Positions 25,562 through 32,000 of a stretch of 32,000 nucleotides of DNA are shown in pieces. This DNA comes from Nitrososphaerota archaeon. GTDB lineage: Archaea > Thermoproteota > Nitrososphaeria > Nitrososphaerales > Nitrosopumilaceae. Both the position numbers and the translations under genes were made by a program. Below the pieces are notes generated by a model, which saw only the letters and a program-made list of their open reading frames with translations, made no database searches and was not told the origin of the DNA. The first letter of the stretch is position 1. Each line of letters opens with the position of its first letter. Location: NCBI GenBank assembly GCA_028867785.1, contig JAGWFS010000002.1, positions 146,678 to 178,677 of the forward strand, in the 5' to 3' direction.

Positions 25562-25648
25562 GACCCACTAAGAGATTTTTATTTTCAGTTCAACGCACAA
25601 CGAATTTTTTAGATTTTAAAAAATTAGGTTCAAAGTTTAAATAATAAA

Positions 25649-25738
25649 ATCTGAACGAGACGAGCTCAAAGGGCTAGAGGTTGTCGACGGCAGCCGTATC
25701 TTTCTACTCCAGCATGGGTTCGAGTCCTAAGAGTTCTG
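25649..25738 (+). other. tRNA-like remnant (D-arm-like and T-arm-like elements without a canonical cloverleaf)
   Basis: ATGGG-TTCGAGT-CCTAA at 25713-25729 fits the T-arm consensus (GG-TTCGAnT-CC, 4 of 5 stem pairs). GCTC-AAAGGGCTA-GAGG at 25663-25679 is D-arm-like, with A14, GG and A21 equivalents. I could not build an acceptor or anticodon stem. Confidence 0.25.
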
Positions 25739-25769
25739 ACAGATCTGTAATGGACATAGCCACAATTTT

Positions 25770-26882
25770 TTATCTGAATTTAATTCTGTAAAAAATAATC
25801 AGGAAGAAAAGGCTGATTATTAAAATTGGAATTGCAAATGGAAATTCCGGTACAGATGCAGGAAGTACCTTTATGATTCCAAGCGTGTTTGAGCCGTGGT
25901 CCACAAACAGAATGTCTCCGTCCGAGTCACTTGTCAGCCACTGAACCAATGAACCCTGCGGCAGGTCGAATAGTTTTATTTCCCCTGTTGCTGTATCAGT
26001 TGCTGCAATCCTGTCAAGAGTATGCTGCGATACCCACAGGTTGTCATAGTTGTCAAAAGTCAGACCTGCTGGAAAACCGCCAAAGTCCATGTTGTATCTT
26101 TTGAATGTCTTGGCTACCGGGTCAAACTGTGAAACTGTGTACGCATTGTGTTCCGAGAAATAGACCTTTCCTGTAACTGGATCAGACAATATGCTGACAG
26201 GAACGTCAAACGTAAGCCGGGCCGGGCCAAACTCGGTGATATCGTGATTGGCAGGATCAATGCTTGCTATTTTCCCCAAACTTTCGGCTATCCACACCCT
26301 GCCGTACTTGTCAGACGTAATTGCAAGTGGAAAAGAACTTGTTGGCGGAAGATTGACTGCATTGAACTTGTCTACCTTGGTGTCAAATTCCAATATGGTG
26401 TTTTGATCAGGAATGGCAATCCAGACATTGTCCAGATCATCTAGGGCTATTCCTGACGATGTCTCGTTACTGGGAATTGGATAGATTCTGTTTGAGCCGT
26501 CATCTGGATTGAATTCACCAAGGGAGTTTATGCCTGGGTCGGCATACCATAGGCGGCCTTTTGAATCCATCGCAATGTGAGTCACAAAATCGACTCCCGG
26601 CAGGCTTCGTATTACGAATCTACTAGAGTTCAATTCAAATTCCAGTATCTTGCTGCTGTTAGCCGTGATATCGCCGGTCCATATTGCATTTCTGTGATTG
26701 TCGTAGAATAGAAATGGTGACAGCCTTGTCTTTTCTGGAGGGTTGATCTCTGTTATGTTTATAGCTAATTGGTCTAGGCTTGATGAATCAGAGCTGGCTT
26801 CAAATGAATCTCGAATCCCGGCCATGCTTGAAAGAAAAAAGATGGCAAACACTATCAAAAAAATTTGAAGCAACTTTATCAC
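25770..26882 (-). CDS. Secreted beta-propeller protein (Vgb/streptogramin-lyase-like repeats) with a PEF-CTERM archaeal sorting signal
   Basis: 370 aa with an N-terminal signal peptide and repeats such as GRVWIAESLGKIASIDPANHDITEF and GRLWYADPGINSLGEF. The C-terminus is VPEFPFAIPILIISLFFLIIFYRIKFR (PEF, then a TM segment, then basic residues). Confidence 0.85.
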   Translation of the reverse strand: MIKLLQIFLIVFAIFFLSSMAGIRDSFEASSDSSSLDQLAINITEINPPEKTRLSPFLFYDNHRNAIWTGDITANSSKILEFELNSSRFVIRSLPGVDFVTHIAMDSKGRLWYADPGINSLGEFNPDDGSNRIYPIPSNETSSGIALDDLDNVWIAIPDQNTILEFDTKVDKFNAVNLPPTSSFPLAITSDKYGRVWIAESLGKIASIDPANHDITEFGPARLTFDVPVSILSDPVTGKVYFSEHNAYTVSQFDPVAKTFKRYNMDFGGFPAGLTFDNYDNLWVSQHTLDRIAATDTATGEIKLFDLPQGSLVQWLTSDSDGDILFVDHGSNTLGIIKVLPASVPEFPFAIPILIISLFFLIIFYRIKFR

Positions 26883-26904
26883 AATTTTATCAACTCTGCT
26901 CGTG

Positions 26905-27441
26905 TTATTTGCCGATTATGCCAATGTCCTCATGATTGTTCATCATTGACATCATAGACCTTCCTGCCGGGATCACGTGGGTGTGCATTGTATAGTATCC
27001 TTTTTCTGGCAGATCAAACTGCACTAGATATTTTCCTGAACCAATGTTTTCTGCGCTGAACATGGGTCCTATCATGTCCATTGTGCTCATAGGTGACCCT
27101 CTTTCAATTCCTACTATTACCTGTGCGTTGGTCAGGGGCTCCTTGGTTTCCTTGTCCGATACCAGAAGAGTGATGGACTGTTCTTTGCCTGCAGATACCA
27201 CCTGGCTGGAACTGGTCTTGATTATGACATCTTGTGGTACATCACTCATTGAATTGCGATTCATTGTAGAGCCTGAGTTCATCGAGCCCCAGCTCATCAT
27301 CCCGCCCATCATGGAGCCCATGCTACCAGAATCCATCATGGAATACGCTTCTATATTGTTCTGTGATGCGACATAGACAATGGCGCCTGCTGCGGCAAAT
27401 ACTCCCAAGGCAGTAATTAATACCATTACAAGTTTTCTCAT
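26905..27441 (-). CDS. Secreted Met-rich protein with an Ig-like (FixH/YtkA-like) C-terminal domain; putative Cu(I) binder
   Basis: 178 aa with a signal/TM segment followed by MMDSGSMGSMMGGMMSWGSMNSGSTMNRNSM, and a C-terminal HTHVIPAGRSMMSMMNNH. It ends 22 nt upstream of the beta-propeller gene on the same strand. Confidence 0.75.
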   Translation of the reverse strand: MRKLVMVLITALGVFAAAGAIVYVASQNNIEAYSMMDSGSMGSMMGGMMSWGSMNSGSTMNRNSMSDVPQDVIIKTSSSQVVSAGKEQSITLLVSDKETKEPLTNAQVIVGIERGSPMSTMDMIGPMFSAENIGSGKYLVQFDLPEKGYYTMHTHVIPAGRSMMSMMNNHEDIGIIGK

Positions 27442-27485
27442 TCTGACGATCTTTCATAGTCATGTCAGATATATGAATCCGATAT

Positions 27486-27499
27486 TTTACAAATGTAAA
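27486..27499. promoter_or_regulatory. Dyad site 1, TTTACAAATGTAAA, in the divergent Met-rich / YHS promoter
   Basis: A perfect 6+2+6 palindrome. TATA-like boxes lie 7 nt away on both sides: ctttatctatc toward YHS and attcatatatc toward the Met-rich gene. Confidence 0.6.
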
Positions 27500-27538
27500 G
27501 TACTCGCTTTATCTATCACTTTTTCGTCTATCTGTACC

Positions 27539-27676
27539 ATGGCTAGAGATCCAGTATGCGAAATGGAAGTAGACGAAAAGAGTGCACCGTCATCAAAACA
27601 CGGAGGTCAGACCTACTACTTTTGCTGCCCATCTTGCAAAGGCGAGTTTGAGAAGAATCCTACCAAGTATGCTTGA
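27539..27676 (+). CDS. YHS-domain metal-binding protein
   Basis: An internal ATG of ORF 27380..27676 gives MARDPVCEMEVDEKSAPSSKHGGQTYYFCCPSCKGEFEKNPTKYA (45 aa). This matches the YHS pattern DPVC.M.V...YYFC...C...F. Confidence 0.85.
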   Translation: MARDPVCEMEVDEKSAPSSKHGGQTYYFCCPSCKGEFEKNPTKYA

Positions 27677-27781
27677 GCGTATCTCTTTCCCAGCAGGCAA
27701 AAGTAGTGAGCTTAGAGGGATTTGTTTTATGAATCTATTACTGGACTAGCCAAAAATAAATGTAGAATGCTTATCGCAATA

Positions 27782-28270
27782 CTATTTTGTAGTAATAGAT
27801 AATATTATTTTGTCATCAGGTTCGAGGATATGATTTTTGTAATCTGATACTGGCTGACCGTTGACTGTCATGGTTACTTGCTTGTAGCCATCCAGATTCA
27901 TCCCCCATATGCTAAGAAACTCGCCAAAGGTATAGTATCGGTTTGCATAAGACTCTACATGGATGGTGCCAGAAGTATCATGGGTGTGCAACGGGGCCAT
28001 ACCCTGCATGCCATACGAATCAAGCGAGTGATCATTCCACAAGGCAGGATCTATTCCTATCTGTGCGGGCACTGTAGCCTGCTTGCCATCCGCTACAAAT
28101 GTAAGCTGTGGATGAAAGTGCATCATGCCCATAGAGTCCATTGGAGGGTTAGAGTAGGCATTACCGGTCAGGGTTTTTGTTGGTTGCTGTGTCATCACTA
28201 CTGCGACCCCGACAGCTATTGCTATTGCCACGCCTATTGCAATTAATTTAGGCTTCTTTGATCTTGTCAT
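27782..28270 (-). CDS. Membrane-anchored secreted protein with HFH / HTHD / H motifs; putative metal-binding
   Basis: I prefer the ATG at 28270 (MTRSKKPKLIAIGVAIAIAVGVAVV...). The GTG at 28324 lies upstream of the TSS predicted from the TATA-like box at about 28346. Conserved-looking blocks are MMHFHPQL, VPAQIGID, PLHTHDTSGTIHVES and TFGEFLSIWG. Confidence 0.75.
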   Translation of the reverse strand: MTRSKKPKLIAIGVAIAIAVGVAVVMTQQPTKTLTGNAYSNPPMDSMGMMHFHPQLTFVADGKQATVPAQIGIDPALWNDHSLDSYGMQGMAPLHTHDTSGTIHVESYANRYYTFGEFLSIWGMNLDGYKQVTMTVNGQPVSDYKNHILEPDDKIILSITTK

Positions 28271-28353
28271 GTTCTCTGAATTCTTGTCTTGTTTTATCTT
28301 CTCTGACCTCTCTTCAAGTGTCACTTGTTATGAGGGATATAAAATATCAGCAG

Positions 28354-28367
28354 TTTACAATTGTAAA
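28354..28367. promoter_or_regulatory. Dyad site 2, TTTACAATTGTAAA, upstream of the His-motif secreted protein gene
   Basis: A perfect palindrome. On the minus strand it is followed after 7 nt by tattttatatcc. Confidence 0.6.
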
Positions 28368-28393
28368 ATCTAAACAGCAGGTAACGCGAAAAA

Positions 28394-28606
28394 CTATCCT
28401 TGTAGAATGAACATACATTCCTGATTGTCACACTTCCAAAGCATTGACGGCGTAGATTTTTCTCCAAACTTGATTCCTTTTGTAGAATAATGAAGCTCTA
28501 TTCTGCCTTTCTTACAATGCGGGCAAAGATCTCCTATTCTGATTTGATCGTGATTTAAGATATTTGGGTATTGAAGATCAGCATTATCCTGTGAATTTAA
28601 CAGCAA
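28394..28606 (-). CDS. Small zinc-ribbon protein
   Basis: 70 aa with CPHC...CDNQEC. Its TTG start overlaps the last codons and stop of the upstream TRASH-like ORF (TGTTGCTGTTAA), which suggests translational coupling. Confidence 0.6.
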   Translation of the reverse strand: MLLNSQDNADLQYPNILNHDQIRIGDLCPHCKKGRIELHYSTKGIKFGEKSTPSMLWKCDNQECMFILQG

Positions 28607-28770
28607 CAGCCGCCGCCCCGATCCTTGTCTTCCTGCTGCCTTGTCATTTGTGCATCTGCATATTTTTGCGCATGTTCATCTGAGCAGAAATACTTGCCAA
28701 AACTCTTGATGCTGGATTCCTTTTTGACATCCATTCCACAGATGGTACAATGTTTTGTTGATCCGAACAC
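28597..28770 (-). CDS. TRASH/YHS-like small metal-binding protein with a C-terminal GGGCCC tail
   Basis: Not in the ORF track. My translation from the GTG at 28770, which follows an in-frame TAA two codons upstream, is (M)FGSTKHCTICGMDVKKESSIKSFGKYFCSDEHAQKYADAQMTRQQEDKDRGGGCCC (57 aa). It shows the pattern C-x2-C-G-M-x-V...YFCS-x2-H. Confidence 0.65.
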   Translation of the reverse strand: MFGSTKHCTICGMDVKKESSIKSFGKYFCSDEHAQKYADAQMTRQQEDKDRGGGCCC

Positions 28771-28807
28771 GTTTTACGTGGAAATTGATGATATTTTAAT
28801 ACCATAG

Positions 28808-28821
28808 TTTACAAGTGTAAA
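28808..28821. promoter_or_regulatory. Dyad site 3, TTTACAAGTGTAAA, between the divergent TRASH genes
   Basis: Perfect half-sites. On the minus strand it is followed after 7 nt by attaaaatatcatc, then by the GTG at 28770. Confidence 0.6.
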
Positions 28822-28911
28822 AAAATCAGTTGTGCTTTCTCTTAGGCGACCATCTCTTCATGGCAAGCAGCGATATGAAAAGCTGGTTGGCATAGGACTG
28901 ATCAAGGGGTA

Positions 28912-29187
28912 ATGCCCGTCATTGACCTTGGCATGATCGAGAACAAGACAAGTGAAAAGCTGGACCAGTTAAGGCTCAAGACAATCAGGCATCATGATAT
29001 CAAGATAAGCAAGGATATGATAGTAAAGATGGTATGCGGCTATTGCAAGGGCCCAGTACACGACAAGCCGCATATGCTAAAGATAGCAAATCTTGAAAGA
29101 TCCTCCTGCTGTACATCATGCAGATCGCTATACAAGGAAAAGTACAAGGGGAGGATTGACTCGCTTGCAAGTAGAAACAATTTCTGA
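28912..29187 (+). CDS. TRASH-domain protein with a short N-terminal beta-alpha-alpha (possibly ribbon-helix-helix) region; candidate metal-sensing regulator
   Basis: 91 aa. CGYCKGPV-x16-CCTSC fits TRASH (C-x2-C-x20-C-x3-C). The N-terminal 40 aa (PVIDLGMIENKTSEKLDQLRLKTIRHHDIKISKDMIVKMV) has a strand-helix-helix pattern. The RHH assignment is an inference. Confidence 0.75.
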   Translation: MPVIDLGMIENKTSEKLDQLRLKTIRHHDIKISKDMIVKMVCGYCKGPVHDKPHMLKIANLERSSCCTSCRSLYKEKYKGRIDSLASRNNF

Positions 29188-29195
29188 GAGGTTTG

Positions 29196-29771
29196 TCATA
29201 ATGGTGGGATCAGCCAATGCAATATTTCTGGAGATGGAATGCCAAGACCGTAGATTATCAATGGTATTGCCGTACTAGTAAGAAGTATTCCTGCTACTAG
29301 TCTTGTCATTCTCAAGGGAATTTTCTTTACAACTCCTCCTCGTAACAAACCTATCAGCAAGCCTATCGCAATAAAGAATCCGATCAACGCACTTGTTACC
29401 TCAATTAGACTAAAGGTAGCTAATGCAACAGAATTTTCTACGGCCTCTAGTATGGCTATGTAAAAGTATGTTACTTTGTATTTTGAGATGTCTTCTTTGG
29501 TTTCATTTTCAAAGAACTCCTTGAACATTGTTCCACTGAAAAATAATAATCCTGCACCCAGGGCAATCTCAAGCGGCTTTGTAGGTACAAACCCTGCTAC
29601 TTTAAGAAAGACAAAGTAAAGAATTACTCCCATTATCAAACCAAGAATTGTTATCTTGATCGTCTGTCGCAGTCCGATTCTACTTGCAGTTCCTATGCCT
29701 ACAAGAACCTGTTCTCCTCCCTCTACAAAGATGTACTTGAACGATGTGAAAAATACGATTAATTCAAACAT
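29196..29771 (-). CDS. Six-TM membrane protein with two E-x-x-E motifs (distantly GDT1/UPF0016-like); possible cation transporter
   Basis: I prefer the ATG at 29771 (MFELIVFF...) over the TTG at 29828. Two halves carry FVEGGEQV and ILEAVENSV at equivalent positions. The family assignment is tentative. Confidence 0.7.
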   Translation of the reverse strand: MFELIVFFTSFKYIFVEGGEQVLVGIGTASRIGLRQTIKITILGLIMGVILYFVFLKVAGFVPTKPLEIALGAGLLFFSGTMFKEFFENETKEDISKYKVTYFYIAILEAVENSVALATFSLIEVTSALIGFFIAIGLLIGLLRGGVVKKIPLRMTRLVAGILLTSTAIPLIIYGLGIPSPEILHWLIPPL

Positions 29772-29890
29772 TGCTTGGTTAGCAATTGTTCTTAATATTA
29801 ACAGTCGATTCCGCTGATAGAAATTCAAAGCTACTGCAAAAAAATCTCATGGCATATGATTTTAATAGTAAAATGTTCAATGTATAATCC

Positions 29891-30568
29891 ATGAAATGTG
29901 CTGACTGTCAATGCGTTCCAGAACTGTGCAGCAAGCAGTACTTGGCAGATTGCAAATTTTGTGTCAAGGATGACTGTTGCTGTGTAGAAATTCACCTCAA
30001 CGGCAACAAGGCTACTATTGTGAAATTTTTTTGGAATGCAAAGAACATGTATGCGTCTGCACTTGCAATTGAGATCCTATGCATAATGTCGGCGGAGATT
30101 GGCCAGAACAGCAGCTTCTTTTTGTTCGGATACAAAAGTCCGTTTGGAGTTGCCATGTCATACATCTTGGGTTACGGTCTGGCAGGATTTACAACGTTTG
30201 TAACTATACTTGGAAGATACAACCTGGAACGTGTTATGGATGGGTGCTGTTCTGTCTTGGAGAATGAAAATGATGGATTTGTCTCTAGCCTCAAAATCAC
30301 TTTGAAAAACTTTGCAATTGGAATTGAGAAAATCCCTCAGATATACAAAATGCCAGACTTTAGGCAGATAATGAGATCAGGCCTTTGTGTCTTGATTACA
30401 GGCGAGAGTGTCTGCATTCTGACTGCAGAGACCGTTAATCTTGCGTTCTTTAGACATGCCTTGTGGTTGTCAATACCGTTATCATTACTTGCTGGTGCCT
30501 TTGCAATCACAATAATGGAGGCCTATAGAAAAACCAAAACCCAGACCACGCTAAAATGCTGTAACTAA
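29891..30568 (+). CDS. Membrane protein with an extremely Cys-rich N-terminus and a C-terminal KCCN
   Basis: 225 aa. MKCADCQCVPELCSKQYLADCKFCVKDDCCCVE has 11 Cys in 32 residues. At least 4 TM segments follow. The protein ends in LKCCN. Confidence 0.7.
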   Translation: MKCADCQCVPELCSKQYLADCKFCVKDDCCCVEIHLNGNKATIVKFFWNAKNMYASALAIEILCIMSAEIGQNSSFFLFGYKSPFGVAMSYILGYGLAGFTTFVTILGRYNLERVMDGCCSVLENENDGFVSSLKITLKNFAIGIEKIPQIYKMPDFRQIMRSGLCVLITGESVCILTAETVNLAFFRHALWLSIPLSLLAGAFAITIMEAYRKTKTQTTLKCCN

Positions 30569-30600
30569 TGCATAAATAATTTCGTATTACATATGGTACC

Positions 30601-30996
30601 ATGTCTGATGACATTGCTGTAGACGAACTAGAAAATATGCGAAAAATGATGCAGTCTTACATAGGCGAATTTGACGAAATCGACGGTAAAATTTCCAATC
30701 TAGTAAAAAATTCCATGACCAAGACAAAAGGTATACTCGAAGAATATCCGGAGGAGACCCAAAAATCCATACTCGACGGGCGCGACAAAGCCATGTCCAT
30801 AGGATTCATTGCCATATCAACAATGGCACTCATCATCAGAAGATTCCGAACTGCGTCAAAGCTGGTTGATCTGTTTATTCAATTGATCAACCGTTTTGTT
30901 TCCCTTATTACAAGACATGAAAAACTTTTCAAGATAGACTCTGTCCAGGTTACAATAAGCCTGACGCCTTCCGTAGTAATAACATTCAAACCGTAA
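30601..30996 (+). CDS. Hypothetical protein with one central TM segment
   Basis: 131-aa ORF with an acidic helical N-terminus and the TM segment MSIGFIAISTMALII. I recognise no family. Confidence 0.55.
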   Translation: MSDDIAVDELENMRKMMQSYIGEFDEIDGKISNLVKNSMTKTKGILEEYPEETQKSILDGRDKAMSIGFIAISTMALIIRRFRTASKLVDLFIQLINRFVSLITRHEKLFKIDSVQVTISLTPSVVITFKP

Positions 30997-31054
30997 AAAT
31001 CTTCTGATGCGATTTTGCACAAGCATTATTAACGAGTAAAAGACAGCATAGCTT

Positions 31055-31282
31055 ATGATGTCATGCGGCACTGGAAGAATTTCAAAGAAGAAAATTGCAG
31101 TCTTCTCAGGGGCCGGTGCTGGGGCAGCGGCAGTCTTTTACCTTGCATTTGCGACTCACAACCCCACCATTGCAGCAGTGGCGCCGACGTTTCTGACGCT
31201 CGGTCTGTGTCCTGCAATGTGTGCTACCATGGGAGGCGCCATGTGGTTTGGCAACAAGTTTTCAAAGAAAAAGAAAACCTAG
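31055..31282 (+). CDS. Small two-TM protein with SCG and CPAMC motifs
   Basis: 75 aa with MMSCGTG, GLCPAMCATMGG and Lys-rich ends. Confidence 0.55.
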   Translation: MMSCGTGRISKKKIAVFSGAGAGAAAVFYLAFATHNPTIAAVAPTFLTLGLCPAMCATMGGAMWFGNKFSKKKKT

Positions 31283-31286
31283 TTTT

Positions 31287-31300
31287 TTTACAAATGTAAA
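31287..31300. promoter_or_regulatory. Dyad site 4, TTTACAAATGTAAA, upstream of the rhodanese gene
   Basis: A perfect palindrome followed after 7 nt by attaaaatatcatc. The ATG at 31339 lies 39 nt downstream of the dyad. Confidence 0.6.
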
Positions 31301-31338
31301 GGTCTGCATTAAAATATCATCTGTGCCTAGGTAAAAGT

Positions 31339-32000
31339 ATGACATATGCACATCCTGAGGTTTTAATTGATACAGAAACAGTTTCTAAAAATCTAGACAA
31401 CAAGGCAATAAAGATAGTGGAGGTAGACTATGATCCAGAAAATGCATATCGCCAAGGCCACATCCAAAACGCATCTCTGATCTGGTGGAAGCGAGATATC
31501 AATGACCCAGTCACTCGAGATGTTGTATCTAAATCTCAATTTGAAGAATTGATGTCTAAAAACGGAATATCTACTGGCTCAGAGGTCATCCTTTACGGAG
31601 ACTTCAACAACTGGTTTGCCGCCTTTGTTTTCTGGATATTCAAATACTATGGGCATGAGAAGGTGAAGATAATGAATGGTGGAAGGAAGAAGTGGGAGAT
31701 TGAGAAACGACCATATGCAAAGGAAGAATTGCAGATTCAAAGAACAAGGTACGTTTCACAACCTCCAAACGAAGGAGTAAGGGCTTATCTCTTTGACGTA
31801 AGGCGCGCACTTGAGAAGAAAGACTCTGTACTGGTAGATGTCCGATCACCCAAAGAATTCACAGGCGAGATCACTGCACCGCCTGAATATCCTATGGAAA
31901 ATGCCCAGAGAGGAGGACACATTCCAAGTGCAAATAACATTCCGTGGGCCACTGCCGTAAATGACACAGACGGAACTTTCAAGGTGGTAGACGAGTTAAA
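31339..32000 (+). CDS. Two-domain rhodanese (thiosulfate/3-mercaptopyruvate sulfurtransferase-like); 3' end outside the window
   Basis: Not in the ORF track because there is no stop in the window. My translation is MTYAHPEVLIDTETVSKNLDNKAIKIVEVDYDPENAYRQGHIQNASLIWW...VILYGDFNNWFAAFVFWIFKYYGHEKVKIMNGGRKKW...VLVDVRSPKEFTGE...RGGHIPSANNIPW. The frame is open to 32000. Confidence 0.9.
   Translation, partial: MTYAHPEVLIDTETVSKNLDNKAIKIVEVDYDPENAYRQGHIQNASLIWWKRDINDPVTRDVVSKSQFEELMSKNGISTGSEVILYGDFNNWFAAFVFWIFKYYGHEKVKIMNGGRKKWEIEKRPYAKEELQIQRTRYVSQPPNEGVRAYLFDVRRALEKKDSVLVDVRSPKEFTGEITAPPEYPMENAQRGGHIPSANNIPWATAVNDTDGTFKVVDEL

Noticed and set aside
29772-29890. Degenerate dyad-like sequences (ttagcaattgttct, tttaatagtaaaat) and the TTAATATTAA palindrome in the divergent promoter of the two membrane-protein genes
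   Set aside because: Each has at least 5 mismatches to TTTACA-NN-TGTAAA and lacks the 7-nt spacing to a TATA-like box. The AT-rich palindrome is plausibly just promoter A/T content.

Overview
The window looks like a core chromosomal segment of an archaeon, most consistent with Nitrososphaeria/Thaumarchaeota. Supporting signatures are a PEF-CTERM sorting signal, PurP, NadX, the Rpo7-Spt4 pair and a NurA-HerA-Mre11-Rad50 operon. I used no database search. All calls rest on motifs I read in the supplied ORF translations or in my own translations of regions the ORF track misses.

Layout from left to right:
- a partial ABC permease
- a PIN-like protein, DedA, a C2H2 zinc finger and a SAM methyltransferase
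- a CxxC membrane protein, a DUF151 nuclease and PurP
- TatA and TatC
- a HEAT-repeat protein
- nurA-herA-mre11-rad50 on the minus strand
- a convergent proline dehydrogenase / P5C dehydrogenase pair
- NAD de novo genes nadX, nadA and nadC, with nadX and nadA separated by an AT-rich block carrying a Fic protein and a Cys-rich surface protein
- spt4 and rpo7
- a wHTH regulator flanked by membrane-protein genes
- an orphan ParB-like gene with AT-rich hypotheticals and a tRNA-like remnant
- from about 25.8 kb to the end, a dense cluster of putative metal or thiol handling genes: a PEF-CTERM beta-propeller, a Met-rich secreted protein, YHS, a His-motif secreted protein, two TRASH proteins, a zinc ribbon, Cys-rich membrane proteins and a rhodanese

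The most interesting signal is a perfect dyad, TTTACA-NN-TGTAAA. It occurs four times, only in intergenic DNA of that last cluster, and sits 7 nt from a TATA-like box on five of its six flanks. That implies one undescribed regulon. Its candidate regulator is a small protein encoded inside the cluster that has a TRASH domain and a possibly ribbon-helix-helix N-terminus.

Three short genes missing from the ORF track were found by hand: TatA, YHS and a 57-aa TRASH-like protein. I saw no rRNA, CRISPR array, transposase or integrase.
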